NCBI GenBank assembly: GCA_021783095.1
Contig: JAJXUG010000014.1
Span: 1,895 to 65,894 of the forward strand
From: Chloroflexota bacterium
GTDB lineage: Bacteria > Chloroflexota > Limnocylindria > Limnocylindrales > CSP1-4
DNA length: 64,000 nt
Direction: 5' to 3'
Numbering within the stretch: the first letter of the stretch is position 1; the number at the start of each line of letters is the position of its first letter. The notes beneath the pieces were generated by a model, which had not been told where the DNA came from, did no database searches, and saw nothing but the letters and a program-made list of their open reading frames with translations. Below, in pieces: positions 62,289-64,000 of the stretch. The position numbers and the translations under genes were made by a program.

Positions 62289-63241
62289 CGCGCCCACTCC
62301 GCCCCGCGCGTGGACGGGGGACCCGGGCGCGCGGGCAGGGCGGTCCCGACGAGGTCGCGGACGGCTCTCGCGCCGAGCGCCCGGCAGGCGTCGGCCAGCT
62401 CGTCGGCGAGGCGCACGGGGAGCATCGGGTCGGCCAGCGCCGCCACGCCCACGCCCACGGCGCTCGCCCCGACCGCGAGGAAGTCGAGCACGTCGTCCAC
62501 GCACGCCACGCCCCCCACGCCGATGACCGGCACGTCCACCGCCTGCGCCACCTCCCACACCACGCGCAGCGCGATCGGCCGGATCGCGGGACCGCACAGC
62601 CCCCCGTAGACGGAGCCGAGGGCCGGGCCGGAGCGGTCGGCCGAGGGCACCAGGCCCGGCAGCGTGTTGATGGCCGAGATGGCGTCGGCGCCCGCGTGCT
62701 CGACGGACCTCGCGATCGCGCGGACATCGGGCGCCTGTGCCGTCAGCTTGGCGATGATCGGCAGGTCCGTCCCGCGCCTGGCGGCGGCCACGTACGACGC
62801 CGCCGCGTCCGCGTCGAGCCCCGGGATGACGCCGCCCCGACCGCCACCGCCGCACGAGAGGTTGATCTCGAGGCCCGCGATCCCGGCCTCCCCCTCGAGC
62901 CGCCGAACCGCCTCGCCCAGCTCGCCCGCCGAGTCTGCGCACAGCGACAGGATCACCGGCACGTCCCAGCGCGCCCAGACGCCGGCGCACCGGTCGAGCA
63001 CCGCCTCCAGCCCCGGGTTCTGCGGCCCCATCCCGAGCAGGAGGCCGGCTGCGACCTCGGCCATGCGCGGCGCCGGCTGGCCGCTCCGGGGCTTGAGCGA
63101 CGTGCTCCGCGTCACGAGCCCGCCGAGGCGCGACAGGTCGGCGAGATCCACGACCTCGACGCCATACCCGAACGGCCCCGAGGCCACGGTGACCGGGTTC
63201 GGCAGGACGAGCCCCCGACCGAGGTCCACCGCGAGGTCCAC
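62285..63241 (-). CDS. pyrD: dihydroorotate dehydrogenase (class 1-like catalytic subunit)
   Basis: NPV, the substrate loop (KPRSGQPAPRM), LEINLSC and GGL...GPAIRPIAL motifs. A GTG start at 63241 is proposed. The frame stays open upstream through a Pro/Ser/Ala-rich stretch. Confidence 0.65.
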   Translation of the reverse strand: MDLAVDLGRGLVLPNPVTVASGPFGYGVEVVDLADLSRLGGLVTRSTSLKPRSGQPAPRMAEVAAGLLLGMGPQNPGLEAVLDRCAGVWARWDVPVILSLCADSAGELGEAVRRLEGEAGIAGLEINLSCGGGGRGGVIPGLDADAAASYVAAARRGTDLPIIAKLTAQAPDVRAIARSVEHAGADAISAINTLPGLVPSADRSGPALGSVYGGLCGPAIRPIALRVVWEVAQAVDVPVIGVGGVACVDDVLDFLAVGASAVGVGVAALADPMLPVRLADELADACRALGARAVRDLVGTALPARPGPPSTRGAEWAR

Positions 63242-63489
63242 TGGCCGGCCACCCAGCGCGTCAAGGGCGGGCGCGCCCCCCTGGGCCGCGGTCGACGAGG
63301 CGGCGGCGGCCGATGACGAGGCCGAGGCGGCTGGTGACGACGGCGGGGGCGACGCAGGCCCGGGGCGCCCGCCGGGCGGCGAGAGGAGTCCGGGCCAGCT
63401 CGGCCGCGGGACCGGGGTGATCGCGGGCCGGATCCGCCGCACGGTGGGCGTCCGCTTCGAGTTCGCGGCCACGCCCTTGCGCCTCGCCT

Positions 63490-64000
63490 TCACGCGGTTG
63501 GCCCCGCCGCCACGATGACGGCGCTCGTCTCGCGCCGGAGCTGCCGCCACCACGCGAGCGAGGTCAGGAGCACCCAAACCATGATCCCGACGAGCGTCGC
63601 CCACTCCAGGATCGGCGCGATCCAGACGTCCGGCCGCCCGAGGATCGGCCCGCTCGACGCCATGCGCTGCCGCGAGAACTCGTCGGTCTGGAGCGACACG
63701 AGGAACGCGATGAAGGCCGCGACCGACGCCCCGCCCACGCCCGCCAGCCAGACCGGGAAGCGCGCCTCGCGGTTCCGGACGAACGAGATCGACGCGAGCG
63801 CGACGAAGATCCAGCCCAGGTTGAAGAACGTGAACGCCGCGAGGACGTGCTGCTCGGGGTGGTCCATCGAGTACACGCCGACGAGGAGGCCGCCCACCCC
63901 GGCCAGCGAGCCCACAGGCCCGAACGCCCAGCGCAGGCGCGACGGGCTCGTCAGCCACAGCCCCACCACGAAGGCGATGAACGAGGCGCCGCCGATGACG
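63490..64000 (-). CDS. membrane protein of unknown function (5' end outside window)
   Basis: Four or more hydrophobic helices. The ORF continues past the window edge. Confidence 0.45.
   Translation of the reverse strand, partial: VIGGASFIAFVVGLWLTSPSRLRWAFGPVGSLAGVGGLLVGVYSMDHPEQHVLAAFTFFNLGWIFVALASISFVRNREARFPVWLAGVGGASVAAFIAFLVSLQTDEFSRQRMASSGPILGRPDVWIAPILEWATLVGIMVWVLLTSLAWWRQLRRETSAVIVAAGPTA

Overview
This 64 kb window is very GC-rich (about 70-73%), densely coding chromosomal DNA. The gene content (Ni-SOD sodN/sodX, F420-type LLM oxidoreductases, a DUF3558 lipoprotein, a sigK/rskA-like ECF pair, lgt, lipobox proteins) points to a high-GC Gram-positive bacterium, probably Actinomycetota and possibly Thermoleophilia or Solirubrobacter-like. 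I see no rRNA, tRNA, CRISPR array, transposase or integrase. I call about 65 protein-coding genes, mostly housekeeping and accessory metabolism. The content runs in this order: a Kdp-type two-component module whose KdpD sensor is split into two divergently encoded genes, together with a stand-alone receiver; a haloacid dehalogenase, a HIT protein and a homocysteine S-methyltransferase; a reductive pyrimidine-catabolism-like locus with a class III aminotransferase, a group II PLP decarboxylase, a beta-ureidopropionase, an F420-type LLM oxidoreductase and a dihydropyrimidinase, but no classical dihydropyrimidine dehydrogenase; ACT, ABM and Fe-ADH genes; two Lgt homologs, one with a degenerate catalytic signature; a secreted S8 subtilase flanked by two copies of a conserved hairpin; mdh and pckA; a PadR regulator with a HAAS membrane partner; a PlsC-like acyltransferase and lgt; an ECF sigma/anti-sigma pair with an Lrp regulator; manA, an ornithine cyclodeaminase-like gene, a DMT transporter and an SDR; sodN-sodX; a SIS protein; a DUF336-LLM operon divergent from a MarR-MFS-Rieske operon; a LOG protein; a lipoprotein serpin with an SH3b-like domain; two tandem ACT-domain proteins; xthA; a catabolic-type OTC with ComB; a truncated GGDEF fragment; a beta-CASP RNase; a fused ctaA-ctaB with a thioredoxin-like lipoprotein; and pyrE and pyrD separated by a frameshifted ECF sigma remnant. 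Many long ORFs in the six-frame track are antisense artefacts of the GC bias and are not reported as genes. The most interesting candidate for something new is the pyrimidine-catabolic locus, where an F420-dependent LLM enzyme sits exactly where the missing dihydropyrimidine dehydrogenase step would be. Because the six-frame track appears to count its end coordinates with the stop codon included and my manual base indexing may be off by 1-2 nt in places, coordinates should be read as approximate.
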